64,000 nt of DNA from assembly GCF_900634775.1 (NCBI RefSeq), contig NC_041064.1, positions 1,380,717 through 1,444,716 on the forward strand, in the 5' to 3' direction. The stretch is from Gouania willdenowi. Its lineage: Eukaryota. The translations under genes were made by a program, and so were the position numbers. The notes beneath the pieces were generated by a model. That model saw only the letters and a program-made list of their open reading frames with translations. It had not been told where the DNA came from and did no database searches. Shown in pieces: positions 12,301-23,767 of this stretch (its first letter is position 1; each line of letters starts with the position of its first letter).

Positions 12301-14229
12301 GAGCAGTCAAATCCACAAGGATGTCGGTGTTTAAGAAGTGGACCTGTTTCCATTCTATTTTAAATGGAATAATTACCCCCTTCCGGCCCCTCGTCCTAGT
12401 GTTTGGGGCAAAGAGAGCGACCAGACTCTCCCTCCGAGAACCCCAAGGAGGAAATGGATGTACCATGTCCTGACCACGACTACTGCTCCTCTGCTGAGCC
12501 GGGTGCATTGGACTTAGCCCTCAGTGCTATAGATGAGGTCCGGGCATCAGCAACAAGTTTGGCAGGGGACTGGTTGGCTGCTTCAGATGAGGACATTAGG
12601 TTTTATACAAGGTAAGAAATGCTATCAAAACATAGCTGTAGTTATTAAAGTAGCAGGTATTAAAGTACGTTCAAAGCTTGTTATATATGAACAAACATAA
12701 AATTTGAAGCCTTTCTCCATTAAGCTCTGTGTAGTTGAGCTAGATGAGCGTACACAATTCCAGCAAAGAGGGCGTAAACTCAAGAGACTCGGTCATCGTT
12801 ATCTAACCACAGTGCTTGGCAATCGCCTCGTCGAACTAGAAGTTATTTTTCGATCTTCACTCAAACGCGGAAGTGAAGCATGCATGCAGCCCATAACATT
12901 AAAGATTTTTAATTGTGATTAACCGCATTATTTTTCTGAGTTGATCTCGAATAATCGCAATTAATCTGTGCGTTCGTGACTCTTTTTGGAACTGCTCTGG
13001 ACCACAACAGGTTGAGAAGTGGGCAAATTCAGCTCTTACCTTGCTTTGCTTGGTAGGTGCTGTTCTTCACTGCTGAAAGGCAGTGAACCTCCGGGCCTCA
13101 GTTTTGACTGACAGCTCCTTCCAACGCTGCTGCTTCTGCACACGATGGTTCGCAGCGGCTCTCTCTCTGGGTGTTAGCCCCACTGCACACTCCTTGCCGC
13201 AAGGCCACTGCGTTGATCTCAGCACACCTCAACGTCATCTCGGTCCCACTGCCCTCAGTGCCTACGGGCCCCTGCGCACATTGGTCCTTCCTCTGGGCTC
13301 TCACAAAAGTGTGTAGCCCGGTTCCAGCTCCAGATACTGCGGTATCTGAAACAAATCCTTCTCGTCTTTTCTGAGCTGCTCGTTGAGGTAGCGGGCCCCT
13401 GGAAGGGCCGTCCATTGGAGAGCCTGCTTTGTCTGCCGCTGGTATAACTCCTCATTGCGGCTCACCTGCTCCCTCGACAGCCTGCTGTGTCCGCTCGGAG
13501 GCCGTCCAGAGCAGACCGTCTTCAGTTGGACCCATCCGGTAGGACATATGCGGCCGCTGCTCTCTGTCAGGGCACTGAATGTCCTCTCTCTGCTCACTGC
13601 CCATCAGGCTTAACTCTGCGAAGATTTCGCTCTGTCTCAGGACCCTGCGATGATGGAGGAAATTTCCACGGTTGCCGACGTGTGTCTCCGCACCCATCGC
13701 TGCTCTGTGCAGGCTATGGGAAAGGTAATGAGCAACATGGTTGTCCGTGAGCGTCCTGGCTCGACCTTGCCAAACTGTCTGCAGAAAAAAGTGACATCCT
13801 GGATGCCCTCGTTGTTCCCCAAGGGATTTTCGGTTCTGTTTTATCTTCAATGCAGCGGCGTTGCGAGGAGAAAAAGAGAGACGATGAGGCTCTTCACCTC
13901 TGTCTCCCCAGGAAGCCCCCGCTCACGTCTCCACCAGCGCAACGGAGGGCTTTCCCTCAGACTGCTTCCCAAGGTCCGCAGTTTAAAGCAGCGAGACCTT
14001 CCGTTCCCCGGCCAGCTCCGCCACAGCCTCAACAAGGGCCGCCCACCTGGCCCGGAAACCCTGCAGCTCCGGCGGCTGCTGCTGTGCCGGCACAACCTGC
14101 TCAGTGCACACAGACGAGGAGGAAGAAAAAGACTGTCTGACCACTTTCTTCTCCTCTGATGACAAAACTGATGTTCCCTCGTTTCCCAGCTTCGTCTCCT
14201 TTGCTTTCACCCGTGCATTCTTGGGCTGT

Positions 14230-16420
14230 TCATGCTCCATCCTCCCCTCTACCAAGGTTCGGCCCTCTGCTGTTTGGGAGAGACAGACTGGTTCCGCAGG
14301 ACGTTTGGCTGTTGCCCCCCACCTGCATGTCCACAAGCACACACTCACACACATGTTCAAAACAGAGCGATGTCTGCATCGCTCACACCCCTAGGTCAAA
14401 GGCCAGGGGCACATCATGTGAAAGCAATGTCTACCACAATAAGCAGAGTGGTGAGGGGTCACATTATTCCCACTCGCAGTGAAGCTCCAACCCCCTCCTG
14501 GTTGGGAATGGCCCGTCGTCACCCTGTCCCCTGGAGTGAAAAATGTGTACTCGCCGCGGGGTGTGTTGCCCTGTTCCACCAACAGGGTGCTTCATCGCAC
14601 TGCAGACGGACCCCCTTTGTGACGTACAGTCTGCCTTGGGTATTACGGACGATATCAAAAAGTTACAGGCTGCAGTTTGCATATGTCCCTCCCATGATTC
14701 ACCAGCATAATTCATTCTCAGGCCCACTTAGAGTCGGCTCGTGTTACAGGAGGAGATCACCTTCCTGCTGTGCAGGGGAGCAATCTCAGTGGTCCCACCC
14801 GCTCGGGGTTCTATTCCAGGTACCTTCGAGTCCCCGAACAAGGAGGTTCTGGGATTCGTCCCCATTCTGGACCTACGGGCCCTGAACAGGTACCTCAGGA
14901 AATACACCTTCAGGATGCTCACGCATTCCTCCCTACAGTGTCTGGTGCGACAGGGCGATTGGTTCATGTCTATCAACCTCAAAGATGCGTATTTCTACGT
15001 TCCCATATATCCCCCTCACAAAAAGTACCAAAGGGTTTGCTTTCCGGGGGGTGTGTTACAAATACCGCCTTCTCCTGTTCAGCCTCTCTTTGAGCCTGAG
15101 GGTGTTTGTAATCGGAGGGTTGCCGGTTCAAGCCTCACCTGGGCCATCACTGTGGGATGTTGAGCAAGTCCCTTAACCCTAAACTGCTCCCCAGGCGCCG
15201 CAAAATGGCTGCCCACTGCTCCTCAGGGATGGGTTAAATGCAGAGGACAAATTCCATTAATGTAGTAACAATACATGGCCAATTAAAGGCGAAAGCCCAG
15301 ATTTAATCTTAATCTTAATTTTGTGCGCTGCACAAATGCTGCAATTGCCCTGCTGAGGAAGTGGGGCATTCACCTGGCTACTTACCTGGACGATTGGCTG
15401 CTTTTGGCACAATCAGAGACGGAGGACAGGGCGCACACACGTATTCTGCTGGATCACCTGTCAAATCTGGGATTTGTGGACAATTGTTGTCACTGGCACG
15501 CAAACTGATCCTGTGGAGTGTTTAAGGGGAATGGATGCTGCACCTGGGAGTGGTGTGGCAGCTATGGACCCGTTACGGTTGGGCCGAGGTGGACCTGTCT
15601 GCAGGGGAAGAAAACGCGTAATACGAAAGGTTCTTCTAACTGCACAGCAAGGAGGCTCCCTGCGGCGTAGCACGCGATTGACCGCACGTGCTTCTTTACG
15701 CGTCCCCCCCATTGGCTCTGATCTCCCCCACCCTGTCCATGGTGGGGAAATTAATGAATCCCGGTTTATGAATGGAGCACACAGGCTCCTCCCCGTGCCC
15801 AGACCACTGGTGCCACCGTGGGATCTGGCGGTGGTTCTGGAGGGACTTAAACGTCCTCCATTTGAACTACTGGAGGAGGTGGGCCTGAAGTTTGCCTCTC
15901 TTAAGGCTGTCTTGTTACTGGCTCTGGCTTCGGCCAAGAGGGTCAGTGACATCTATGCGCTCTCGGTTCACCCGTCGTGCGCTCAGCTTTTCTCTGGTGA
16001 TGCGAGGATCATTCTGGGACTCAATCCGGCCTTTGTGCCGGAGGTTGTGGGCTTGTGTTCTCCCATTGACCTTTTGGCCTTTTCTGCCTAACAGGGTGAG
16101 CAGTAGCCGAATGTGTTATGTTCAGTTCGTTCAATCCGCACACATATGGATATGACGAGGAGCCTCAGGAGGAGTGGTCAACTGTTCATCTCCTGGGCCA
16201 ATCCCCGCAAGGGGAAGCCTGTTACTAAGCCACGCCTGTCACACTGGGTGATGGACGCTATTGTTTTGGCTTACTCGTGTCAGGGTTTGCGTACACACTC
16301 GACTCTGGGTCTTGCCACATCCTGGGCTTTGTTCAGGGGAGTGTCTGTTCAGGACATCTGTACAGCGGTGAGTTGGACCTCGCTCCTCACGTGCGTGGCA
16401 CGGGCTGTTTAACTGCTTTG
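14230..16420 (+). mobile_element. Degenerate DIRS-like tyrosine-recombinase retrotransposon: RT with YLDD motif, then a YR N-terminal domain and the YR catalytic C-terminus. Frameshifted and interrupted by a SINE. It may extend upstream to ~13000 (gag-like region).
   Basis: RT is shown by GFYSRYLRVP...ILDLRALNRYLRKYTFRMLT...WFMSINLKDAYFYVPIYPPHKKYQRVCFPGG, then after the SINE ...GIHLATYLDDWLLLAQSE. The YR N-terminal domain is shown by VPRPLVPPWDLAVVLEGLKRPPFELLEEVGLKFASLKAVLLLALASAKRVSDIYALSV. The YR C-terminus is shown by ...LFISWANPRKGKPVTKPRLSHWV...HSTLGLATSWALFRGVSVQDICTAVSW. Confidence 0.65.
15040..15320 (+). mobile_element. tRNA-derived SINE inserted into the DIRS-like RT, splitting it before the YLDD region.
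   Basis: The sequence gggttgccggttcaagcctcacctgggcc is a tRNA-like B-box region. A conserved core ...gcaagtcccttaaccctaaactgctcc follows. The tail is (TTAATC)-like. The same core (aaccctaagttgctcc) is present in the SINE at 16990-17285. Confidence 0.5.
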
Positions 16421-16590
16421 ATGTGATCAGACTTCTGCCCTGGGGGCTGGTACTGCTCAATTGGCATGTCTGCACTACGGGAGTTTCCATATCTCACAAA
16501 CTATTATGAAATAGAACTTTAGGTTATGTATATTACCCCGGTTCTATGAGTAATATGAGTGAGATGTCTCACCAGACTACCCTTCTTGCT

Positions 16591-16656
<66 letters not shown>
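16591..16656. repeat. (CA)n microsatellite, ~32 units.
   Basis: Read directly in the sequence. Confidence 0.95.
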
Positions 16657-16659
<3 letters not shown>

Positions 16660-16989
16660 CTGGCCACCACTCCCCAAATGGAAAAAAATGGAAACTCATC
16701 AGTTAAAAATCAACAGAATACAAGTAAATACACAAAAATCTCTGTTAACCCGAACCAAAGTATAGCAGCCTGCACGATCTGAAACAAGCCACCATGCAGA
16801 GCACGCAGCACCCACCTGGGCAGCCAGCTGCACCCCCACTTGCCAGAGAAGCGAGCACCACCCCGAGCCACCCAGCCACACCCGAGGAGGGGAGGTACTG
16901 TCACACACCGTGAGACTGACAGATCATGGAGAGACACCGTGACACCACCACCCTGTGATGGTGGGGGGCTGTTTGTGTGTGTGTTGTGA

Positions 16990-17285
16990 GTGAATGTTTA
17001 AATGGTAAATGATAAATGGACTTGATTTATATAGCGCTTTATCCCCACACTGAAGTAGTCCCAAAGCGCTTTACATATCAGCTCATTGACCCAATCACTC
17101 TCACATTCACACACCAGTGGGACAGGACTGCCATGCAAGGCGCTAGTCGACCACTGGGAGCAACTTAGGGTTCAGTGTCTTGCCCAAGGACACTTTGACA
17201 CATAGTCAGGTACTGGGATCGAACCCCCCAACCTCTCGATCAGAAGACGACCCACTACCACCTGAGCCACGGTCAGTGATTGGCT
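16990..17285 (-). mobile_element. tRNA-derived SINE on the minus strand.
   Basis: The reverse complement begins gaccgtggctcaggtggtagtgggtcgtcttctgatcgagaggttggggggttcgatccc, which has tRNA-like A/B boxes. The core follows: gtgtccttgggcaagacactgaaccctaagttgctccc...gcgctttacatat. It ends in ataaagcgctatataaatcaagtccatttatcattt. Confidence 0.5.
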
Positions 17286-19639
17286 AGCCTCCTCGGCCAA
17301 CATAGCAGTGTAAACAAAACTAGTCATGTGACTCTAGCTCTTCTGACACACACTGGTCGCTGCACTTTTATAGCACGCACATTTGTATTGGTAGAGAGAG
17401 AACGCAAGGGAACAACTACACTTCCCAGACATGTTAGGCCTCAACTACCCATAATCCATCATCATTTAAGGCCCTGTGCCTGCAACGGTAGAAACAGACC
17501 TCCGACGAACCACGAATGCCTTAAAAAAAAGTACAATACTACAGGTTTAGTCTTGTAAGTTTTTTTTTAAATCGTGATATCAGAGCTCAAGGATTGTTCT
17601 CCGAAGTGTCTTCAATGTCATCCCTTCACAAGTACCAGGTACTGGTTCGATTGTGAAAGGTACCCATCCCCACCTAAGCATCATTGCAGACTATGTAAAG
17701 CCTTTGATGGAAACAGTGGGACATCTAAAAAAAAAAAAAAAACAAGCACCAGTTTGAGGGATTTATTTGGTATGAATGTAGGAAGAACTGTCTGTGATGA
17801 AAGTGATGATGTGATGATGGTATCTGATTAGAAAACAGGAGAAACCTCCAAAGATACATGTAATGTTTTTTTTTCTTACCAACTTTATCAGCTCTACACA
17901 ATGTCCACTGTAACTTTTCAGTATCAACACGACCTGACCTTTGATGATTGACTCACAGGGAGAGAGAGGCTTCATTACATCAGATCTAGAGACAGATGAC
18001 TACACAGTGTTTGTATCATTAGCTGTTGACTCAAAGCCTCAGTCCCACAGGGATTGGTCCAATCAAAGGTGTGAAGAGAAACAAGTAAACACATGAAGTG
18101 AATCCCAACACTCGATACAACCAACATGTTTCACTGAGCAACCAACTTCATCAGTGACGCAACCATGTTGCTCTCCTGATAATTAAGTCTTCTCAAGTTA
18201 TGATGCAAGAAGACAGTTTCATGTGTGAAATAGTAGGAATTTTCTTGAACACATTCGTTTCTTTCTGTCAGATACTGAAATCTGGCTCCATGGGGATAAT
18301 AGTGTAAATATGAGCTCTTGGAAAAGTCCTTAGACTACGGTTTGCATACTTTTTCCACGCTGCACTGTAAATGTTTTATATGTATTTGTCTATTGTTGTG
18401 ACTTAGATGAAGATCAGAAAACATTTTATGACCAATTTATGCAGAAATCCTACTAATTCCAAGGGTTCAAATACTTTCACAAGAGGCAAACATAAAATGA
18501 ACATTAAAAATAAAATAAATAATAAAAAGTAAAAATAGGGACTTCCTGGATCGAGTGGAATGGAGTAGTCGCGGTCTGGATCGCGCTCCCGTAACTTTTC
18601 TTATTTAACTTTCTAAACAACCCCTAACTTCGCTAAAAGTGTAATATAAGTGGACGCTATTGTTGCAACAGTGCTCAGCGCAAATATGGCATCAAAGACG
18701 AACAGACAGGGGAAGAAGGACACAATTAGTAAACCAGACCCCCCCGACACAGTAAGTGCCCAAATACAAAACCATCCCGATCTGCTAAAGTATTAATGAA
18801 TTACATGGATGATCATGGAATAGGAGACGTATGGAGACTGAACAATCCAACTAAAAAAGAATACACCTTCTTCTCCCCTGTGCATAAATCCTTCTCCCGA
18901 ATTGACTTTTTCTCTCAAATAATTCCATCGTACATAAGATTTCCTCTAAAATACATCCTATAATCATTAGCGATCATGCCCCGATATCCCTCACCCTGAA
19001 GTGTGACTCTAATCAGAAATTATCCTCTCTATGGCGCTTTAATACTTCATTACTTAATGACAGTGAATTTGGTAAAATGATAAGAAAAGAATGGGAGGAC
19101 TTTCTATTAACAAACGACTCTCTGGAAGTGTCACCGTCCTTACTCTGGGAAACTGGCAAGGCTGTCATCAGAGGGAAGATTATATCATACTCTTCTTATA
19201 AGAAAAAACAGGAACAGAGCAGAAAAAACGGAAGAATACGCAGCTAACCCGTCTGAACTTTTATGGAAAAAACTCCAAAATACAAAACTTAATCTGGACA
19301 TCATTTTATTTAAAAAAATTGATTTTATTTTGCAGCAATTACGGTACAAAAACTTTGACTACAACAATAAATCAGGCAAATATTTAGCAAATCAGCTTAA
19401 ACACAAGAAAGAAAACTATTTCATAGCGGCAATTTCTGATCCGCAGCAGAGATGGTGAGTGTGGAGCAGTCTGATGAAAAGTTGTCATTTTTAAGGTGAC
19501 GATACAAACACTACTTTAAATTAATTGTGGTCAAGGCAAGAACGTGTATGTGAAGTGAACATTATAACCAGGAGTGAAGACTTTGTCCACATCTGTTGTA
19601 AGCAACTGGAATTTAATGAAGCACCTCACGACACACGCA

Positions 19640-19860
19640 TCTAAAAAATCTGAATTCTTTGAGATATAGTAACTTTTTTTTTTTTTAACGGTAACGCAAA
19701 TAGTTACTTTCCTTGGTAATGAGTTACTTTTATTATAGAGTAATTCAGTTACTAATGCAGTTACTTTTTGGAACAAGTAGTGAGTAACTATAACTAATTA
19801 CTTTTTTAAAGTAACATTCCCAACACTGGGCCTCAGTAACCACAAACAAAATAACATCCC
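19640..19860. mobile_element. Possible hAT-like MITE nested in the L1-like element.
   Basis: Dense short repeats of agttact/gtaac (gtaacgcaaatagttactttccttggtaatgagttacttttattatagagtaattcagttactaatgcagttactttttgg...agtaactataactaattactttttt) resemble subterminal repeats of hAT elements. No TIRs or target-site duplications were verified. Confidence 0.2.
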
Positions 19861-21319
19861 AAAGCTTCACACTACAGAGGGGAACCAGACAAGGTTGACC
19901 ACTCTCACCTTTGCTTTTTGCAATATTTGTTGAACCTCTCGCAGAACAAAAAATTCATCGAACCCGGCAAGCCAAAACCCACAATACCCCTCCCCCACAA
20001 ATACAATTAAATATCTAGGCTTAAATATATCACCAAACCTAAATGAATTAATTAAACTGAACCTGGATCCGCTGTTGGATAAAGTCACAGAAGATCTGAG
20101 GAGATGGAACAATCTCCCCATCTCACTCCTTGGCAGAATAGCCTCAGTTAAAATGAAAATCTTGCCTAAAATAAATCTGTTCTCTATGATCCACTGAAAC
20201 CACCAACACAATCATTCAAAAGATTAGATTCTGCATTTACAAAATTCTATGCTAGGAATAAAAAAACCTAAAATAAGCCTTTCAACCCTTCAAAACAATA
20301 AAAGCGAGGGTGGGTTGGAAGCCCCTAATTTCATGCATTATTACCTAGCAAACCAAATTCTATATTTAACAGAATGGCTAAAACCAAAAGAATACCACAA
20401 CACCTGACTAGAAATAGAACAGTTAGACTGTAAACATATTAAACTCTCTGATCTCCCTTTTATCACTGCGACCCTCAAACATCATAACTGCTTTAAAAAC
20501 CCACTGATTGCCTCCACCCTGACTGCGTGGTGGAAAGCCCTGGACATTACAAATGTTCAGTTAAAAACTGGCATCCTGTCTCCAAACCGGCACATCCCCA
20601 ACTTTGGAAATAGAAAAACACTGCTCTATCTAAAAACATGGGAAGAGAGCGGAATTATTCATCTCCAAGACCTCTTCGAAAATGATAAGCTCAGGACATA
20701 TAACAATCTAACCCAAACATTTAATATAAATAAAAGTAATTTTCTTCAGTACTTACAAGTAACAGAGACAATTGAGAAAAATATTCCAGTAGATCTAATT
20801 ATTTTACAATCTCCAGAACTGGCCATATATATGAAAAAAATCTCAACAAAAACAAATAACTCTCAAAAATATACAGAGCACTCTTGAACACTAACTCTAA
20901 TCACTTACTAATCACTAAATGTGAAGCTGAACTCTCAATCACTACGAACACCGATTTATGGACAGAAATTTGTTGCAATACCTTTAAGATGACTAAAAAC
21001 ACAAATCTTCAGCTAATTCAATACAAGGTCCAACACAGATCCCACATTACCCAACAGAAAATGTATAAAATGGGCTTCTCCCCAACAGACATCTGCTCTC
21101 AGTGCACCCAGGGAACAGCTGATTCATATTTACATGCCGTATGGCTTTGTTCGCCAGTTCATCAGTTTTGGTCTCTAATCACTGAAAAACTGTCCTCCAT
21201 TTTGGACTGCAGGATTCCTCTATCTCCAAATCTATGTCTGTTAGGAGACCTGACTATGCTTGATATTCCAGCAAACCAATCGCAATCCATCCTTGCGGCA
21301 CTCCCCATAGCAAAAAAAA

Positions 21320-22700
21320 CGCTGGCGATGTCGGTGTGGGGTTGCGGTGCCTGGCTGGGGGGGCTTGCGTTCACCTGCCTATCGGTCCGTGGCTGGCGGG
21401 GTGGCCGCCTGCTTTGGTGGGGCGGGCCGCTCTTGACCGGCGGGGGTCGCCTCCTGGACTGCTGGGGGATGTGGCTGGTGCATGGCTCGGCCTGGGGGGG
21501 GGGCACTTCACGTCACTCACTCCCAGCTGGTCTGGCTCACCCACTTGTTGCACCACACTCACATACCCAACCCTTGGGGGGCTGGTTGGTGGGGCTGGGG
21601 GTGGGGGGGGCGCCGCCTGTGCTACTAAGTAGTGGCTCGGGGGCGGCACTCCCATCTCTGGCTGCCCTACTAATCCCTCCAATTTTAATTACACCTCAAC
21701 ACTCCACCCCCCGAGGGTGGGTCCACCACTTCCACCCTCCGGAGCTATTGCACCACATACACATATATACACATAGGTTGGATGGGGAGCACCGTTCCCT
21801 TTCAAATACCTTTTTTTAATAGCACTTCATACATTCACTAAACACACACATTCACTCAGGGGATAGGGAAGTGCCACTCCATTGGGGAATGGAGAGGCAC
21901 CATAACAGGGTGGTGGGTAGCCTCACAGATTTGGGCCTGTCGGGTGGGTGCCCGGCCCCTCTGTTGGTGGCTGGGCCGCCGTGAAGAGATTAGGAGGGTG
22001 CGGTCGGGCGTGGCAGTGGGTCTCTGGGGGGCGTGAGGGGTGTTGCTGGGGGCTCTCTTTGCTGGGTCTCTCCGGGCGGTGCCGGCCTGGTGGGGCGTGG
22101 GGGTGCCCCTTCCCTACGGGTGGGGCTTGGTGCTTGTCTCGTCTCCTGGTTGCCTTGGGGGTGCGCCTCGCGGCGTGTGGGTCCGGGGTGGCCTGCTGGG
22201 GGGTGCTGGCGTGTACGCCGGGGTTGGGGCGGGATTGCTTGGCGCTCCGGGGTAGTGCTCTTTGCTGGGGAACGGCTCTAGCTGTTCCGGTGGTTGAGGT
22301 CGGTATCGGCCGCTTGGTAGGTCTGTCCTGCTATCTGCGGGCTGGCGGGTGGGTGGATTCTGCGCTTTTGGCTGGGGGTTGCTGCTCCGCATTGATTGTG
22401 TGCGGTTGGGGTGCCTCTCTCCCGCGGTGGCGGCCGCCGGTCGCTCTTTTGCTGGGGGGGGGCATTGCCCCATGGCTTCTGCTGCCCGGTGGGAGGCGGG
22501 GCCTGGGCTGCTGTTCTTGCGTTATCTGGGGCTGTGCGGTCTTGCTGGGTTGTGGCCAGTTTGTGGGGTTGGGGTCGGTGGCGGGATGCGCTGTGTGCTC
22601 GGCTACTTGGGGCTTCCTCGGATGTGTGTGTGGGGGCGGTGGCTGCCTCTCGACCTGGGATCTTGGGGGCCCGGGTAGCGGTTTTTGCACATATACTGGT
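21320..22700. repeat. G-rich low-complexity tract (runs of GGGG/TGGGG/GGTGG, strong G/C strand asymmetry). It forms the 3'UTR of the L1-like element and has potential to form G-quadruplexes.
   Basis: Read directly in the sequence. ORF-track proteins here are Gly/Trp/Pro-rich artefacts on both strands. Confidence 0.8.
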
Positions 22701-23457
22701 ATACGATGCACTGGCACGCCTTGGGATGTGGGATAAAACTCATACTGAGCTTAACTGTAGACACGTTAATCCCAAATACCTGCTTTAGGTACTACCAGTC
22801 ACTCATTCCCCCTGTCCACAGCCACCACTATTATAGCTAAGCTTCACACTTCTCACTATACTGGCTTAATTACACAATATAATAAGCACAATATGTTCTA
22901 CAACTTCACATCTCACCCTCACTGTAAAATAATCTATTTTTCCCCACCCTTTCTATCTCCTACCTTGAGTCTCTCCTCCCTGCTCCCTGCCCACCCCCCC
23001 CTTAGGGAGGGCTGGTGATAGTCACAATTAAGCAATAAAATAAATCAATTTATATTATTGCAATAACAAAACATGCATTGCTGTCTCATAATGATTGCAC
23101 TTCTTGTAGTGTTGACCTTTGACAGCATGTGCAGACATGATAAAAAAAAAAAAAAAAAGATTATTTTCTGATTTGATCCAAACCACCACTATACCCAAAA
23201 GTAATAGAGTTTGAGGTTTCCAACTATGCAGAAAGTTTGGAAAAGGTGTTCCAACAATGAGCCTGTGCAAGTTAAAAAGAAAGTAATAATAATTCCTTTA
23301 TCATTACATAACTTGTAGAGCCATAGGTCTCTGAGGGAGGTTCCATCCTCAGGTCCAACCTCCACATCCCTGTGTTTGAGCAGGAATAATATATCAGTTG
23401 TACATCAGAGAGCCTGAGGCAGAACGCTGCAGAGCTCAGCAGGTTCTCCTCCTCACT

Positions 23458-23630
23458 ATGAGCACACCTGATGAAGCTGAGCTCTGCTATCCACACCTGG
23501 GAAACTCCTCGTGCAGGAGGATCATGCGCTCTCACTCAGTGTCTGTGCTCATTTCCATCATCCTGTCCTCCATCTCTGTGCTCACTGTGACCCTCAACCT
23601 GCTGGTCATCATCTCTATCTCACACTTCAA
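23458..23630 (+). CDS. TAAR-family GPCR, copy 1, exon 1 (N-terminus plus TM1).
   Basis: ATG at 23458-23460. Translation MSTPDEAELCYPHLGNSSCRRIMRSHSVSVLISIILSSISVLTVTLNLLVIISISHFK has an N-glycosylation site and the TM1 N1.50 motif. Donor is AA|GTATTG at 23631 (phase 2). Joined to exon 2 it reads ...SHFKKLHTPTNFLL, the typical TAAR TM1-ICL1 sequence. Confidence 0.8.
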
Positions 23631-23767
23631 GTATTGACATGTTCTGTTGTTTAATGAACTGTTGTTACATTGTTGAATGTTTCTGTGTTTGACTCCTGCT
23701 GTTATCTGCTTTGATCAGAACTGTCGTATAATATAATGATCAGTGTGTTGCTCTCTAACTCCTGCAG

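Larger units (their letters stand above)
18780..23160 (+). mobile_element. L1-like LINE, 5'-truncated and degenerate. It contains an EN C-terminal part, RT remnants, an ORF2 C-terminal domain, a ~1.4-kb G-rich 3'UTR, a conserved tail and poly(A) at 23141-23158.
   Basis: EN is shown by ...WRLNNPTKKEYTFFSPVHKSFSRIDFFLS...ISDHAPISLTL. The RT C-terminus is shown by ...DLRRWNNLPISLLGRIASVKMKILPKINLFSMI and ...KSEGGLEAPNFMHYYLANQILYLTEW. The ORF2 C-terminus is shown by ...LQLIQYKVQHRSHITQQKMYKMGFSPTDICSQCTQGTADSYLHAVWLCSPVHQFW (ORF 20884-21819). The G-rich tract is followed by the same ~50-bp tail as at 10861-10915, then A17. Confidence 0.6.

Noticed and set aside
13000-14230. Multiple overlapping ORFs on both strands (up to 169 aa)
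   Set aside because: No recognisable motifs. This is probably degenerate gag-like or terminal sequence of the adjacent DIRS-like element. I did not call them as genes.
21320-22700. The G-rich tract as telomeric or interstitial telomeric repeat
   Set aside because: No TTAGGG periodicity. The motifs are irregular GGGG/TGGGG/GGTGG. It is contiguous with an L1 ORF2 C-terminus and ends in a conserved LINE tail plus poly(A).
21948-22788. 262-aa and several ~100-130-aa ORFs, Gly/Trp/Cys- or Pro-rich, on both strands
   Set aside because: They lie entirely within the G-rich low-complexity 3'UTR of the L1-like element. The composition is repeat-driven.
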